Part shown: one piece after another, positions 1 through 10,147 of the stretch
Numbering within the stretch: position 1 is the first letter of the stretch
Layout of the letters: each line of letters starts with the position of its first letter
Assembly (NCBI GenBank): GCA_020629755.1
Contig: JAHDCS010000004.1
Location: 5,588 to 69,587 of the forward strand
DNA from: Flavobacteriales bacterium
GTDB lineage: Bacteria > Bacteroidota > Bacteroidia > Flavobacteriales_G > JALEGO01
Direction: 5' to 3'
DNA: 64,000 nucleotides
Translations under genes and position numbers: made by a program
The notes under the pieces: model-generated
Seen by the model: the letters and a program-made list of their open reading frames with translations, nothing else
Databases searched by the model: none
What the model was told of the DNA's origin: nothing

Positions 1-3000
1 TTTACAATAACCTTCACTTGATCTGTACTAAGACATCCGCCATCGTCTTTTGTAAGGGTATAAATATATGTACCCGCTAATAATGGCGTAAAGGTAGGAT
101 TAGGATCCGTTGAACTACTTAAATCTGTAGCTGGGCTCCAAGAGTAAGTAATACCGCCACCCGTTGGGTTAGAAGGATCACCAATATCCACCCCACCATC
201 ACTTAAACAAATTACAGCATTTGAGCCTGCTTCTGGCGCAGACACATTAGGTACTAAATTAACATCCGCTGATTCTTCACAAACACCGTCTGAAATAGTT
301 AAAGTAAGCGTAGTATTTGTGCTTGGCAGAGGTGTGTTAACATTTGTTGAAGCAGTGTTAGGAGAAGCCACTAATGCAGCGGGTGACCATGAGTAACTTG
401 CAAATCCTGTAGGAGCATCCCCCCCAACAGTTAATGAGGCATCAGAAGGGCAGTAGGAGATATCTGCCATAGAGAAAGTATTATCTACAACAGTTACAAA
501 AACATTATCGGTAGAGGCAGATCCGCATCCCCCCACAAAGGTTGCAGAAACAGTATAGGTTGTATTTGCTGTTGGATTAGCGATAGGTTGTGCACAATCT
601 GTACAACTTAAACCAGTAGCCGGCGACCATTCATATTCTAAACCAGGAACGGCCGGCGAGCCAATTTGAACTCCATTATCTAAGCACATGGTGGTGTCTG
701 GCGCATCTTCTATAGTAGGGCTAAGAGTGGCGGATATTTCTAAAGTGTCAGTGGCAGAACATTCTGTGATTGTATCTGTAACGGTTAAATAAAAGGTTAA
801 ATTAGTGGCTACAAACACTTCAGGTTCAGCAAAGCTAGAATCTGTTCCGTTTTGCCAAGGTGCTGCACCAGGCGTCCAAGCATAGACTTGGTCTGTTACA
901 GCTGGTGCGCCTAGCATAACAGTAGCATTTTCACATACAGAGCGATCTATACCTGCATCAATCACAACATCTTTAGCGCCAACTCTTGCGGTGTCTACTC
1001 TAAAGCATTCTGTTAAAATATCAGTTATAGTGACAGGGAAAAGAGCATCATCACCAAGAATATAAAATGGGTTTGAAGAAGAATTTGATGATAAGTTATT
1101 ACCCGCCCATTCATATGCATATCCAGCAACAGGGGTGTGACCTAAATATAAAGTGTCTCCTGTACATGAAGTATCTTGAAGGGCTCCATCCCATGCAGGC
1201 AATTGCATTTCAGGTGCATTTACAGTGATTGTTTCAGAACAAATATGTGTTGGATCAATCAAGCTTTGTCTGGTTACGGTGTAGGTACGTGTAACCCCAT
1301 CGGTTAAATACACGGTTTTTGTATTGTATGAACTTAATCCCACATTAGGCGACCAAGAAAAAGAATATAAATTTGAATCACCACTACCCCACATTTTAAC
1401 ATAGCCCAAATTTGCATTTGGACAACCTGCTTCAGCATCAACATCAATTTCAACAATGCAGCCCCCACAAGAATTTACCCTAACAGTATCAAAACAGCTT
1501 ACTCCATCAATAGAAACTTCTAGTTGGTAATCAGTGGCAGATGTAGCGGCTGTAACCATTGGATAAGGGACTGTATCAGGCCCTACTAAACTCCCTGATC
1601 CATTAAGTTGAGTCCATTTAAAGGACTCATTAATTTTTGGATCATCTGTAGGTTCATTAATTGGGTCTCCAAGTATAATTGGACCACATTTATCCACATC
1701 TCCTTCAGCTCTTATTAACGTTACTCTTGCGGTATCTACAAAATAACATTTTTCTTTTTTAGCAGTAAGTAAATAATTAACTGAATTATAAACAGCTGGA
1801 TAAATAACATTACCAGCATCATAGGTTACTTGAGAAACATCTATAGCACTTAAATAATTTCCGGGTGCCCAGGTATAGGTATAACCCGCATCAGCAGGCT
1901 CTCCAATGGTTGTAGTTGATCCAAAACAAACCACCTGATCAGGGCCAGCAAAATTAGGGGTTGGAGGTGGAGAAATAGGCTTAATTAAAATACTATCTCT
2001 GGTTGTGCATGTACTACCTCCAGTGACTGGGATAGTTAAATCTATATAATATTCAGTATCAACAGAAGGATTAGCGTCTGGCTGAGCGCAGTTTGTACAA
2101 CTTAAATCTGTTACTGGTGTCCATGCATATATTACGCCAGGCAATCCAGAAACGGGTAATCCGCCAATTCTTACAATGTCACCATCACAGGTATTTAAAG
2201 TAGAATCACCTGCTTCAGCTTTATAGGTATTAACGACTGTTTGTCCAACATTCTGACAACCATTAGCATCAGTGACGGTTAATGTAAAGATGGTATTTAA
2301 AGATACGGTGACAGTAGGATTAGATAACGGATCAGCCCCCATGTCCCACACATAAGAATAAGGAGGTGTACCACCTGATGCTGAAGAAGGCGATCCCCCA
2401 ATAGTTACCGGGAAACCAGGACAGGTATTAAAAGCTTCACCTGCATCTACTTCAGGGGCCTGATTAGCATTTACAATCATAGAAGAGATAGAGCTTGTAC
2501 TAATAATACTATCACCACAACAGATCCCTGTTTTAGAGACGCGTCTAAAGTAACGGTCTATTTGGGTGGGTTCTGGGCTATAGTTTTGAAGTACAGCCCC
2601 AGGAATATCTTGCCAAGGGCCAGCGGCAGCATTTGCTATTTGCCATTGGTATAAAGCAGATATAGGGTTTTGATCTGAAGGTGAACCACCTACATACAAA
2701 GGTGGAATATCAGAAGCAGGGATTTCTATTTTTTCACCTAAAATTTCTTCAGTAAGCCCATTTTCACACACACTTTGTGAAGCAGGAGTTAAATTATCAG
2801 AAGTGGCGGTGATTTCTGGGCAAAATGTGTAACTCATTATTGAGCCAGCTAATTTATTTGTTAAGGGTGTATTTGTTGTAGTAGGAGCAGTATTCCTATT
2901 TATGTACCCACAAATAATTATTTGATTTTGATTTTTTGTAAAATTATAGGCATCATCATTAAGCGTTCCACCATAGACAGAACTAAATTCTAAATTCCCT

Positions 3001-4364
3001 GTTTTTGAAAATTTACTTAATGTTTGTACTTGCCCTTGTACAATACTTGAATTTGTTGTTACAAAATCAAGGGACTTAGTTCTGCCCAACAGAAAGACTT
3101 CTTCATTTTCAATAATTATATCATGTGGATACTCATCATTTGACCCTCCAAAATAAGTAGAAAATATAGTGTTGTTATTATGATCAATTTTAGTTAAAAA
3201 TATATCGTCTTTATTTGCATTAATTATACCATTGTTTATAGAAGTATTATTTGTTACAGGAAAATCAACAGATTTTGTTTTTCCTGTAATGTAAATATAA
3301 TTATTTTCTACTCTCATTTTTGTAGGCTCTTCAGAAGAAGTTCCGCCTAAATACTTTCCAGATAATTGATTAAAATCAAGATCTGTTGTAAAGTAATACA
3401 CATCTAAAGCAAGACTATTATTGTATATTGATCCATCTGTCGAAAGAAGATCACTTGATTGTGTGTGAGAAACAAAATGAAATTTATTATCATGGTAAGC
3501 AACATCTATTAATTTATCTTCAGATGACCCCGCAATTATTGTTGATTTGACTAGATTGTAATTTTCATCAATTTTAGAAAAATAAAACCCAAGTTTATTA
3601 TTTAAAATAGAGCTACCATCAGTAGTTATAAAATCATTTGATAGCGTTTCTCCAAAAATATAAAAGTCATTATCAATAACTTGAATTCGAGGAATTCCCT
3701 CTATGTTTGACCCACCTAAGTACGATGCATGTAGTGTGTTAAAGGTGTTTAAATCTTTAATTAGATAAAAGACATCTTGAGTTCCTTGTAAAGAAGATCC
3801 ATTGGTAACAGGTAGATTATTTGAATTTGTGATAAAAGCGATATACAGTTTATTATTTTTTATAACCATAGAAGGAAAATGATCTTGATCATTGCCGCCA
3901 ATATATGTAGAGTATAAAACATTAAGATTAGTATCTAGCTTAGTTAAACTCATATCTGATTTTGAGTTGCCACCATACACACTTCCATCAGTTACTGGAA
4001 AATCATTTGAATAAGTAATACCAATAAAATAGATCTCATTATTATGAATTATAAAAGGGGTTCTAAAGGCGGCGTCATCTAACGACCCACCTATATAAGA
4101 ATTTCTAATCAGATCACCATCTTTATTAAATACAGCTAAGCTATTATCATAACCTCCTTCAACAACAGAGCCGTTTGTAGATGGTAAATCTGTTGCCTTA
4201 CTTTGTCCTAAAGTGTATAATAAACCATTGACTTCATAAGCTTTATAAATAAACGAATGATCATTTCCAGCTGTAGCTGTAGCCATATCAATAACTGCTT
4301 GAGAAAAAGAAGGTTTACAAAATACTATTGTTAAGAGTAAGGATAAAACGTAATAAGGTCTCAT
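1..4364 (-). CDS. Giant secreted protein, N-terminal 1454 aa only (the 3' end lies beyond the window start). It has a signal peptide, about 9 SBBP-type beta-propeller repeats, then tandem Ig/PKD-like Cys-pair modules.
   Basis: It is absent from the supplied ORF track because no stop falls in the window. The reverse strand is open from the ATG at 4364-4362 down to position 3. The translation begins MRPYYVLSLLLTIVFCKPSFSQA. Y.GG...D...G.T.S.DFPVT repeats run from about 4250 to about 2900. Later modules carry Y.WSP...LSC..CAQP.ANP motifs typical of Bacteroidota gliding/T9SS cargo. Confidence 0.8.
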   Translation of the reverse strand, partial: MRPYYVLSLLLTIVFCKPSFSQAVIDMATATAGNDHSFIYKAYEVNGLLYTLGQSKATDLPSTNGSVVEGGYDNSLAVFNKDGDLIRNSYIGGSLDDAAFRTPFIIHNNEIYFIGITYSNDFPVTDGSVYGGNSKSDMSLTKLDTNLNVLYSTYIGGNDQDHFPSMVIKNNKLYIAFITNSNNLPVTNGSSLQGTQDVFYLIKDLNTFNTLHASYLGGSNIEGIPRIQVIDNDFYIFGETLSNDFITTDGSSILNNKLGFYFSKIDENYNLVKSTIIAGSSEDKLIDVAYHDNKFHFVSHTQSSDLLSTDGSIYNNSLALDVYYFTTDLDFNQLSGKYLGGTSSEEPTKMRVENNYIYITGKTKSVDFPVTNNTSINNGIINANKDDIFLTKIDHNNNTIFSTYFGGSNDEYPHDIIIENEEVFLLGRTKSLDFVTTNSSIVQGQVQTLSKFSKTGNLEFSSVYGGTLNDDAYNFTKNQNQIIICGYINRNTAPTTTNTPLTNKLAGSIMSYTFCPEITATSDNLTPASQSVCENGLTEEILGEKIEIPASDIPPLYVGGSPSDQNPISALYQWQIANAAAGPWQDIPGAVLQNYSPEPTQIDRYFRRVSKTGICCGDSIISTSSISSMIVNANQAPEVDAGEAFNTCPGFPVTIGGSPSSASGGTPPYSYVWDMGADPLSNPTVTVSLNTIFTLTVTDANGCQNVGQTVVNTYKAEAGDSTLNTCDGDIVRIGGLPVSGLPGVIYAWTPVTDLSCTNCAQPDANPSVDTEYYIDLTIPVTGGSTCTTRDSILIKPISPPPTPNFAGPDQVVCFGSTTTIGEPADAGYTYTWAPGNYLSAIDVSQVTYDAGNVIYPAVYNSVNYLLTAKKEKCYFVDTARVTLIRAEGDVDKCGPIILGDPINEPTDDPKINESFKWTQLNGSGSLVGPDTVPYPMVTAATSATDYQLEVSIDGVSCFDTVRVNSCGGCIVEIDVDAEAGCPNANLGYVKMWGSGDSNLYSFSWSPNVGLSSYNTKTVYLTDGVTRTYTVTRQSLIDPTHICSETITVNAPEMQLPAWDGALQDTSCTGDTLYLGHTPVAGYAYEWAGNNLSSNSSSNPFYILGDDALFPVTITDILTECFRVDTARVGAKDVVIDAGIDRSVCENATVMLGAPAVTDQVYAWTPGAAPWQNGTDSSFAEPEVFVATNLTFYLTVTDTITECSATDTLEISATLSPTIEDAPDTTMCLDNGVQIGSPAVPGLEYEWSPATGLSCTDCAQPIANPTANTTYTVSATFVGGCGSASTDNVFVTVVDNTFSMADISYCPSDASLTVGGDAPTGFASYSWSPAALVASPNTASTNVNTPLPSTNTTLTLTISDGVCEESADVNLVPNVSAPEAGSNAVICLSDGGVDIGDPSNPTGGGITYSWSPATDLSSSTDPNPTFTPLLAGTYIYTLTKDDGGCLSTDQVKVIV

Positions 4365-4515
4365 AAAAAAATTTGGTATCATTATTAGCTCCGAAAAGTA
4401 TAATAAAGAATTTAAATAAGAGATATAGAATGTGTGTTTTTTTGTGAAATTATTCTTGGAAGATGTAAAGCATAAAAACATTCACAAGATCTTAACATAA
4501 GCCTATTTAGAATTA

Positions 4516-4523
4516 TATATTTG
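4516..4523 (+). promoter_or_regulatory. Bacteroidota -7 promoter box (TAnnTTTG) upstream of pepP
   Basis: TATATTTG ends 5 nt before the pepP ATG at 4529. Confidence 0.35.
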
Positions 4524-4528
4524 CAAAC

Positions 4529-5815
4529 ATGAAGTATACAAACATAGCACGCGCTCTTTTTAGTAAAAACAGAAAAAAGTTTTTTGAGCATATGCAAGAA
4601 AATAGCATAGCGGTATTTAATTCTAATGATATTTTTGTGACTTCGGCTGATTCTACCCTCCCCTTTAAACAACATTCTGATATTTTTTATCTTTCTGGCA
4701 TAGACCAAGAAGAAAGTATATTGGTGATGCACAAAACAACATCCACCCAAAAAAGCTATTTATTTTTAAAAGAAACCTCTGAGTTAATCCGTATTTGGGA
4801 AGGTGAAAAATACACCAAACAAACAGCCTTTGAAACCTCTGGTATACAAGAGGTGCAATGGCTAGATGCTTTTGAAAAAACATTAAATAATTTGATTATA
4901 AAATCAAATCAGATTTATATAAATAAAAACATCCATTCTAGAGCAAACACAGAAACACAAACAAGAGAAGACCGCTTTATAGATTGGTGTGAACAAACAT
5001 ATCCCTCCAAAACCTATAAAGAAAGCGCGCCTATTTTACACCATATCCGGTCTGTTAAAGAGCCAGAAGAAATAGAATTATTGCAACAAGCATGTAAGAT
5101 TACAGAAAAAGGATTTCGTAGAATTTTATCCTTTATTAAACCTGGAGTTTGGGAGTATGAAATAGAAGCTGAACTGATCCATGAGTTTATAAAAAATAAA
5201 TCTAATGGGTTTTCGTATACCCCAATTATTGCGAGTGGTGAAAATGCTTGTGTGCTCCATTATATTTATAACAATAAACCTTGTAAAGATGGCGATGTAA
5301 TTTTAATGGATTTTGGCGCCAATTACGCCAACTATTGCTCTGATTTAACACGTTGTGTTCCGGTAAGCGGTAGGTTTTCTAAAAGACAGAAACAAGTTTA
5401 TAATGCCGTGTTACAGGTTAAAAAAGAGGCTACAAAATTATTAAGACCCGGCACGATGCTTTCAGAGTATCACAAACAGGTGGGACTAATTATGCAAAGC
5501 CAATTGATAGATCTTGGATTAATAGACAAGGCAGATGTTCAAAACCAAGACCCTAAACACCCAGCATATAAGAAGTATTTCATGCACGGCACCTCACATT
5601 TTTTGGGCTTAGACACGCATGATGTAGGGCACTGGGATAAGCCTATTAAAGCCAACATGTGTTTTACTGTTGAGCCAGGCATTTACATTAAAGAAGAAGG
5701 GCTTGGCATTCGTTTAGAAGACGATGTTTTAGTTCAGCCTTCTGGAGACCCCAAAAACTTAATGGAAAATATTCCGATAGAAACAGAAGAAATAGAAGAA
5801 TTAATGAACGCTTAA
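4529..5815 (+). CDS. pepP: Xaa-Pro aminopeptidase (peptidase M24B)
   Basis: It has an AMP_N-like N-terminus. M24 metal-ligand motifs are present: DFGANY, HGTSHFLGLDTHD, EPGIY, GIRLEDDVLV. Confidence 0.9.
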   Translation: MKYTNIARALFSKNRKKFFEHMQENSIAVFNSNDIFVTSADSTLPFKQHSDIFYLSGIDQEESILVMHKTTSTQKSYLFLKETSELIRIWEGEKYTKQTAFETSGIQEVQWLDAFEKTLNNLIIKSNQIYINKNIHSRANTETQTREDRFIDWCEQTYPSKTYKESAPILHHIRSVKEPEEIELLQQACKITEKGFRRILSFIKPGVWEYEIEAELIHEFIKNKSNGFSYTPIIASGENACVLHYIYNNKPCKDGDVILMDFGANYANYCSDLTRCVPVSGRFSKRQKQVYNAVLQVKKEATKLLRPGTMLSEYHKQVGLIMQSQLIDLGLIDKADVQNQDPKHPAYKKYFMHGTSHFLGLDTHDVGHWDKPIKANMCFTVEPGIYIKEEGLGIRLEDDVLVQPSGDPKNLMENIPIETEEIEELMNA

Positions 5816-6172
5816 TTTTTGATTAATCTTCTGCTTTGCAAAAGATAATATGCGTTTGATTTCTTTTAGGCGGATGTCTTTTGAGGGATCAATGAGGAGT
5901 CGTCGAATCAATTTTCGATTACTTTCTTTTTTTAAAAGAGGATGATTTAAATCCAAGCAATTAAAAAAGGCAATGTAAGGCCATTGTGTTTTTTTATCTA
6001 CCCAGAGATAACAACACATTTTATGTTTATAATCAAAAAAAGGAGATCCCCACTTTAGCTTTGATTCAAGACCTAAAGATTTGTTAGAAAGCAATACGAT
6101 GAGCGCTTCAAAACAAGATCTCTGAGGCTCTTTAAATTTTTCAATCCACCCAAAAAACCGCTGATCGATCAA
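5801..6172 (-). CDS. DUF1801 (YdhG-like) domain protein
   Basis: WGSPFFDYKHKMCCYLWVDKKTQWPYIAFFNCLDLNHPLL resembles the DUF1801 core. A TTG start lies 3 nt after the upstream stop. Confidence 0.5.
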   Translation of the reverse strand: MIDQRFFGWIEKFKEPQRSCFEALIVLLSNKSLGLESKLKWGSPFFDYKHKMCCYLWVDKKTQWPYIAFFNCLDLNHPLLKKESNRKLIRRLLIDPSKDIRLKEIKRILSFAKQKINQKLSVH

Positions 6173-6175
6173 TAG

Positions 6176-8020
6176 TTATAAAATAGAGAGCTTAACTGAC
6201 TTAGAGCTGTTATCTTTTAAAAGAATATCTACAAAATAAATGCCGCTTGGGATATTTTTTATTGAAAAAAGAGTAGGATTAGTATTTAGGTTAAATGACC
6301 TAATTAATTTACCAGATAAATCTTTTATAGTAACGCGGGTTATTTTTTCTTGAGATTCTATACTAAAAAAGTCACCTGAATTTGGATTTGGATAAACTTT
6401 CACACCTTTGAATTCATCTACTAAGTAAGTGCTGGTATTAACAACAGGCTGATTAACAGAATAGCTGATTTGATTATTTTCAACCATGCCTTCTTTAGGG
6501 TCTAACACATTAGGTGGTGTACCTATTTTAATTACTTTAGTTTCTGTTGATCCAAAGCTTCCGCCAGAAGCCAGGCTTGTTCCGTTAAGGGTTAGATTAT
6601 ATGATCCTTGGCCCTCAGCACAACAAATCCCATCTCCATAAGTATCGTTTATTGTAAACAAATAACAGGTATTGTCATTGGTTAAGGCAAATGTTTCATT
6701 GTAAGCTTGACCGTCTTGTCCGTCCTGATAAGGCCCTCCTGAAATAACAGTAGAATTGCTATTTAAATTATCTAAACTCCAGGTAGTTTCAGACCCCCAT
6801 GCGTCTATAACTAAATTGAAAGCGCCACTTCCTTGCCCTAGGGCAATAGATTGGTTTTGATAGATCACTTCTGAGACTGCATTGTTTGTTGAGGTATTTA
6901 AAACATTATTGATCTCTGAAATTTTAAGTTCAATGTTATTTATAGGCATGTTAATTGGCACATTAGGCACATAAAAAGAAGCAGGCCCTGTCGGGATAGG
7001 ATTGGCTTGGGCATCTAGCAAATAAGAACCCACATTGCTTCCGTTTAAAATAAAATCAACTTTAGCGGTAAATATATCGATAGAGCTATTATTAAATATA
7101 TCTACTAATGGTGAAAAAGCATCATCACAGCTTTTACCAGCTTCTGAGTTAGTCATTGAAATAATATCAGCACTTGTGGTTGCTATATCAGATGAAAAAG
7201 AAATTTCAGCATAAGCCCCAGAATGTAATTCTTGATTGCTTCCGGCTATATAAGCCACAACTTCAATGTCTTTGAGTAAAAGATCAATGTCTCCAATTTT
7301 TTCAGGAAGCGCATAAGTAAATTGAGTTTGCAACAATGATCCTTGAATTAATGTGCTAACAGCCTGGCCAATATTACCCGTAAAACTATGCCTCAAGGCA
7401 TGCTGATGGTTGTAATTTCCGTTTGGCAATAATTGAGAAGGGTTAGACCCAGATCCCACCTGCACAGCTTCTATATTGTTTTGAAGAAGCATAACGTTTA
7501 ATCTGTCCCCACTTGCGTCATATGAGTTATCTGTGTAATATGCTTCAACATCAATAACTAATTCTCCAGTAGAAATATTGATGTTTGCTTTTGCGGCAAT
7601 ATTAACGACAGAGGTTTCTGTAAGAATATCTTCAGCAATACCATACCAATCTCCTCTTCCTGTAGCCATTGCGCCGTCATTATCATGATCACGTCTGTTT
7701 ACTGCCCCGGCAGGATAACCACTTGGATCTAAAAAATTATTTATAGATGTACCCACTGATGTTCTAAAATCAACGTCTCCCGGATCAGGACTTGCGTATG
7801 AACCCGCGTGTATATTCACTAGAATTACTCTGCCGGGAAAATCATTTTTTAAAACATTTGCCCTAGCATGGCCATCCGGACAAAACGTACAGTAAATGCC
7901 AGTTAGTTCTTCTAAGACGACATTTTTAAAACAGGGTTCAGTACTTACAAAATCTTGAGCAGAAACAGTTAAGAAAAAAACAGAGAAAGCAATAGATAAA
8001 TAAATATTTTTAAACAACAT
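6176..8020 (-). CDS. Omp28-related secreted protein with a Cys-rich GDGICC module and a T9SS type-A C-terminal sorting domain
   Basis: The signal peptide is MLFKNIYLSIAFSVFFLTVSAQ. EELTGIYCTFCPDGH is an Omp28-family motif. The C-terminus KVYPNPNSGDFFSIES...SGIYFVDILL...KLSIL is Por_Secre_tail-like. I prefer the ATG at 8020 over the track start at 8038. Confidence 0.7.
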   Translation of the reverse strand: MLFKNIYLSIAFSVFFLTVSAQDFVSTEPCFKNVVLEELTGIYCTFCPDGHARANVLKNDFPGRVILVNIHAGSYASPDPGDVDFRTSVGTSINNFLDPSGYPAGAVNRRDHDNDGAMATGRGDWYGIAEDILTETSVVNIAAKANINISTGELVIDVEAYYTDNSYDASGDRLNVMLLQNNIEAVQVGSGSNPSQLLPNGNYNHQHALRHSFTGNIGQAVSTLIQGSLLQTQFTYALPEKIGDIDLLLKDIEVVAYIAGSNQELHSGAYAEISFSSDIATTSADIISMTNSEAGKSCDDAFSPLVDIFNNSSIDIFTAKVDFILNGSNVGSYLLDAQANPIPTGPASFYVPNVPINMPINNIELKISEINNVLNTSTNNAVSEVIYQNQSIALGQGSGAFNLVIDAWGSETTWSLDNLNSNSTVISGGPYQDGQDGQAYNETFALTNDNTCYLFTINDTYGDGICCAEGQGSYNLTLNGTSLASGGSFGSTETKVIKIGTPPNVLDPKEGMVENNQISYSVNQPVVNTSTYLVDEFKGVKVYPNPNSGDFFSIESQEKITRVTIKDLSGKLIRSFNLNTNPTLFSIKNIPSGIYFVDILLKDNSSKSVKLSIL

Positions 8021-8158
8021 AAAATCGAATTTAAACACAAATTTAACGATAAAAGATTTAAACTAATTATCTGATTTTTTTTACAGCAGAACAACCTGTA
8101 TAATAATTTATAGAAGCCAAAAGAGTTCTGTTGGTTAGATAAACTGTTTTTTTGGCAT

Positions 8159-8166
8159 TATATTTG
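8159..8166 (+). promoter_or_regulatory. TAnnTTTG -7 box upstream of the ompH pair
   Basis: TATATTTG lies 33 nt upstream of the ATG at 8200. Confidence 0.35.
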
Positions 8167-8199
8167 ATACGTTTTTAATAAACTTTAAAACGATTAACT

Positions 8200-8709
8200 A
8201 TGAAAATGTATGCTCTTATACTGGGATTAATGATAAGTTTATCTGGTTTCTCTCAAAGATTTGCCTATGTAGACTCTGAATATATTTTGAGTCAAATACC
8301 TGCTTATGCAGATGCGCAAAAAGCACTTGACGATTTATCTGTACGTTGGCAAGAACAAATCGAAGGCAAGTATGCTGAAATAGACAAACTTTATAAGGCC
8401 TATCAGGCCGAGCAAGTTCTATTAACCGAAGAAATGAAATCTAAAAGAGAAGAAGAGATTATTCAAAAAGAACGCGCTGTAAAAGATTTTCAAAAAGAAA
8501 AATTTGGAGTAGATGGTGAGCTTTTTAAAAAAAGAAAACAACTCGTAGAGCCTATTCAAGAGCAGATAGCCGAAGCTTTAGAGGCCCTTGCAAAAGCAGA
8601 AGGATTGAGTATGGTTTTTGACAAGTCATCTAGCGGAAATATTCTTTTCTCAGATCCTAAGTATGACAAAAGCGATCAAATTATAAGAAGGTTGGGTTAT
8701 AATAAATAA
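8200..8709 (+). CDS. OmpH/Skp family periplasmic chaperone
   Basis: It has a signal peptide. It is a ~170 aa Lys/Glu-rich coiled-coil protein with the FAYVDSEYIL start typical of OmpH. Confidence 0.8.
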   Translation: MKMYALILGLMISLSGFSQRFAYVDSEYILSQIPAYADAQKALDDLSVRWQEQIEGKYAEIDKLYKAYQAEQVLLTEEMKSKREEEIIQKERAVKDFQKEKFGVDGELFKKRKQLVEPIQEQIAEALEALAKAEGLSMVFDKSSSGNILFSDPKYDKSDQIIRRLGYNK

Positions 8710-8751
8710 ATCGTCTAGATTTGTCACACTAATATTTATTACATTACTGTT

Positions 8752-9255
8752 ATGAAAAAGTATTCACTTCTATTTGTTGGTTTGTTTTTGTTAAGCAGCC
8801 TTGTTGGTTTTGGACAAAATAAAATAGGGTACATTAACTCTACGGATTTACTTCAATTAATGCCGGAGAGAAAAACAGCTGAAGAAGCTTTAGAAAAGGA
8901 AGCTCTAGCGCTGCAAAAGCAACTTCAAACTATGTCTACTGAGTATCAATCGAAACTTACAGATTTCCAATCAAATCAGGCGACTATGTCAGATTTAATG
9001 AAAGAAACAAAAGTGAAAGAGTTGACGGATTTAGAAACTAGAATAAAAGCGTTTCAAGAGTCTGCGCAGGGAGAGCTTCAGAAAAAAGAAGCGGAGCTTT
9101 TAGAGCCTATTCTAAAAAAAGCTAGAGCAGCCGTAAAAACAGCAGCAACAAAATCAAAATACACGCATGTATTTGATACGGCTTCGGGTATACTGATTCA
9201 TGCTCCTGATGGAGATGACATGTTGCCATTGGTTAAAAAAGAATTAGGCCTTTAA
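8752..9255 (+). CDS. OmpH/Skp family periplasmic chaperone (second copy)
   Basis: It has a signal peptide, a KIGYINSTDLL motif and a coiled-coil composition. A tandem ompH pair upstream of murI is common in Flavobacteriia. Confidence 0.8.
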   Translation: MKKYSLLFVGLFLLSSLVGFGQNKIGYINSTDLLQLMPERKTAEEALEKEALALQKQLQTMSTEYQSKLTDFQSNQATMSDLMKETKVKELTDLETRIKAFQESAQGELQKKEAELLEPILKKARAAVKTAATKSKYTHVFDTASGILIHAPDGDDMLPLVKKELGL

Positions 9256-9287
9256 GTCTAAAAGGCGTTATTTAAAAATGCGAGAAG

Positions 9288-9322
9288 CACCAATCTGATT
9301 ATTCAGGTTGGTGTTTTTTTTT
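9288..9322 (+). terminator. Rho-independent terminator after the ompH pair
   Basis: The stem is CACCAA...TTGGTG with a 14-nt loop, followed by a T9 run. Confidence 0.6.
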
Positions 9323-9352
9323 AAATGATTGTGTATATTCAGGCAACATTTA

Positions 9353-10147
9353 ATGAGTGATCACATTAAAATTGGAATTTTTGATTCGGGCATCGGAGGA
9401 TTAACCGTAGCTAAAGAAATAAAAAAAACCTTAGGCAATCCACCCATGATTTATTATGGAGATACCGCGCATTTGCCTTATGGAGATAAATCAAAAGAAT
9501 CCATTGTCTTTTATTGTCAAAAAATAACAGAATTTCTAATTAATAAAGGCTGTACACACATTGTAGTTGCTTGTAATACAGCTTCTGCATACGGTTTTTC
9601 ATCCCTCCAAAAAAAAATAAAAACCTCTATACATCTTTTTAATGTTATTGATCCGGTGGTTGATTATGTTGCGGCGTGTGATAACCTCAATAAAATAGGA
9701 GTTATTGCGACTAAAGGCACAACCATCTCAAGAGTGTATCCAAGACGCATAAAAAAGAAAAACAAAAGCCTTGTAGTTCGGTCTGTTGCTGCTCCGCTTT
9801 TAGCGCCTATGATTGAAGAAGGTTTTTATAATAATAATATTAGCCAAACCATTATCAATAGCTATTTGAGCAAAAAAGAGTTGCAAAATATAGAGGGGTT
9901 AATCTTGGGGTGTACACATTATCCTTTAATTGAATCTGAAGTCAAAAAATACTATGAAAATAAAGTGCGGATTTTTAATTCAGCTAAAATCGTAGCCAAA
10001 AGTTTAAGTGTTAAGATTAAAAGCAGTCAAAAAACTAAACAAAGTAAAAGTCTTTTTTACGTTTCTGATTATACTGAAAGCTTTCAGAAATCTGCCAAAA
10101 AATTTTTTGGGGAAGAAATTGACTTAATAAAGAATAATATTTGGTAA
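9353..10147 (+). CDS. murI: Glutamate racemase
   Basis: Motifs IGIFDSGIGGLTV, ACNTAS and GCTHYP are present. I prefer the ATG at 9353 over the TTG at 9329. Confidence 0.9.
   Translation: MSDHIKIGIFDSGIGGLTVAKEIKKTLGNPPMIYYGDTAHLPYGDKSKESIVFYCQKITEFLINKGCTHIVVACNTASAYGFSSLQKKIKTSIHLFNVIDPVVDYVAACDNLNKIGVIATKGTTISRVYPRRIKKKNKSLVVRSVAAPLLAPMIEEGFYNNNISQTIINSYLSKKELQNIEGLILGCTHYPLIESEVKKYYENKVRIFNSAKIVAKSLSVKIKSSQKTKQSKSLFYVSDYTESFQKSAKKFFGEEIDLIKNNIW

Noticed and set aside
4412-4883. Minus-strand ORFs 4412-4750 and 4665-4883 overlap the pepP start.
   Set aside because: They overlap a confidently identified pepP coding region and its promoter. Their composition is low-complexity. They are probably spurious.
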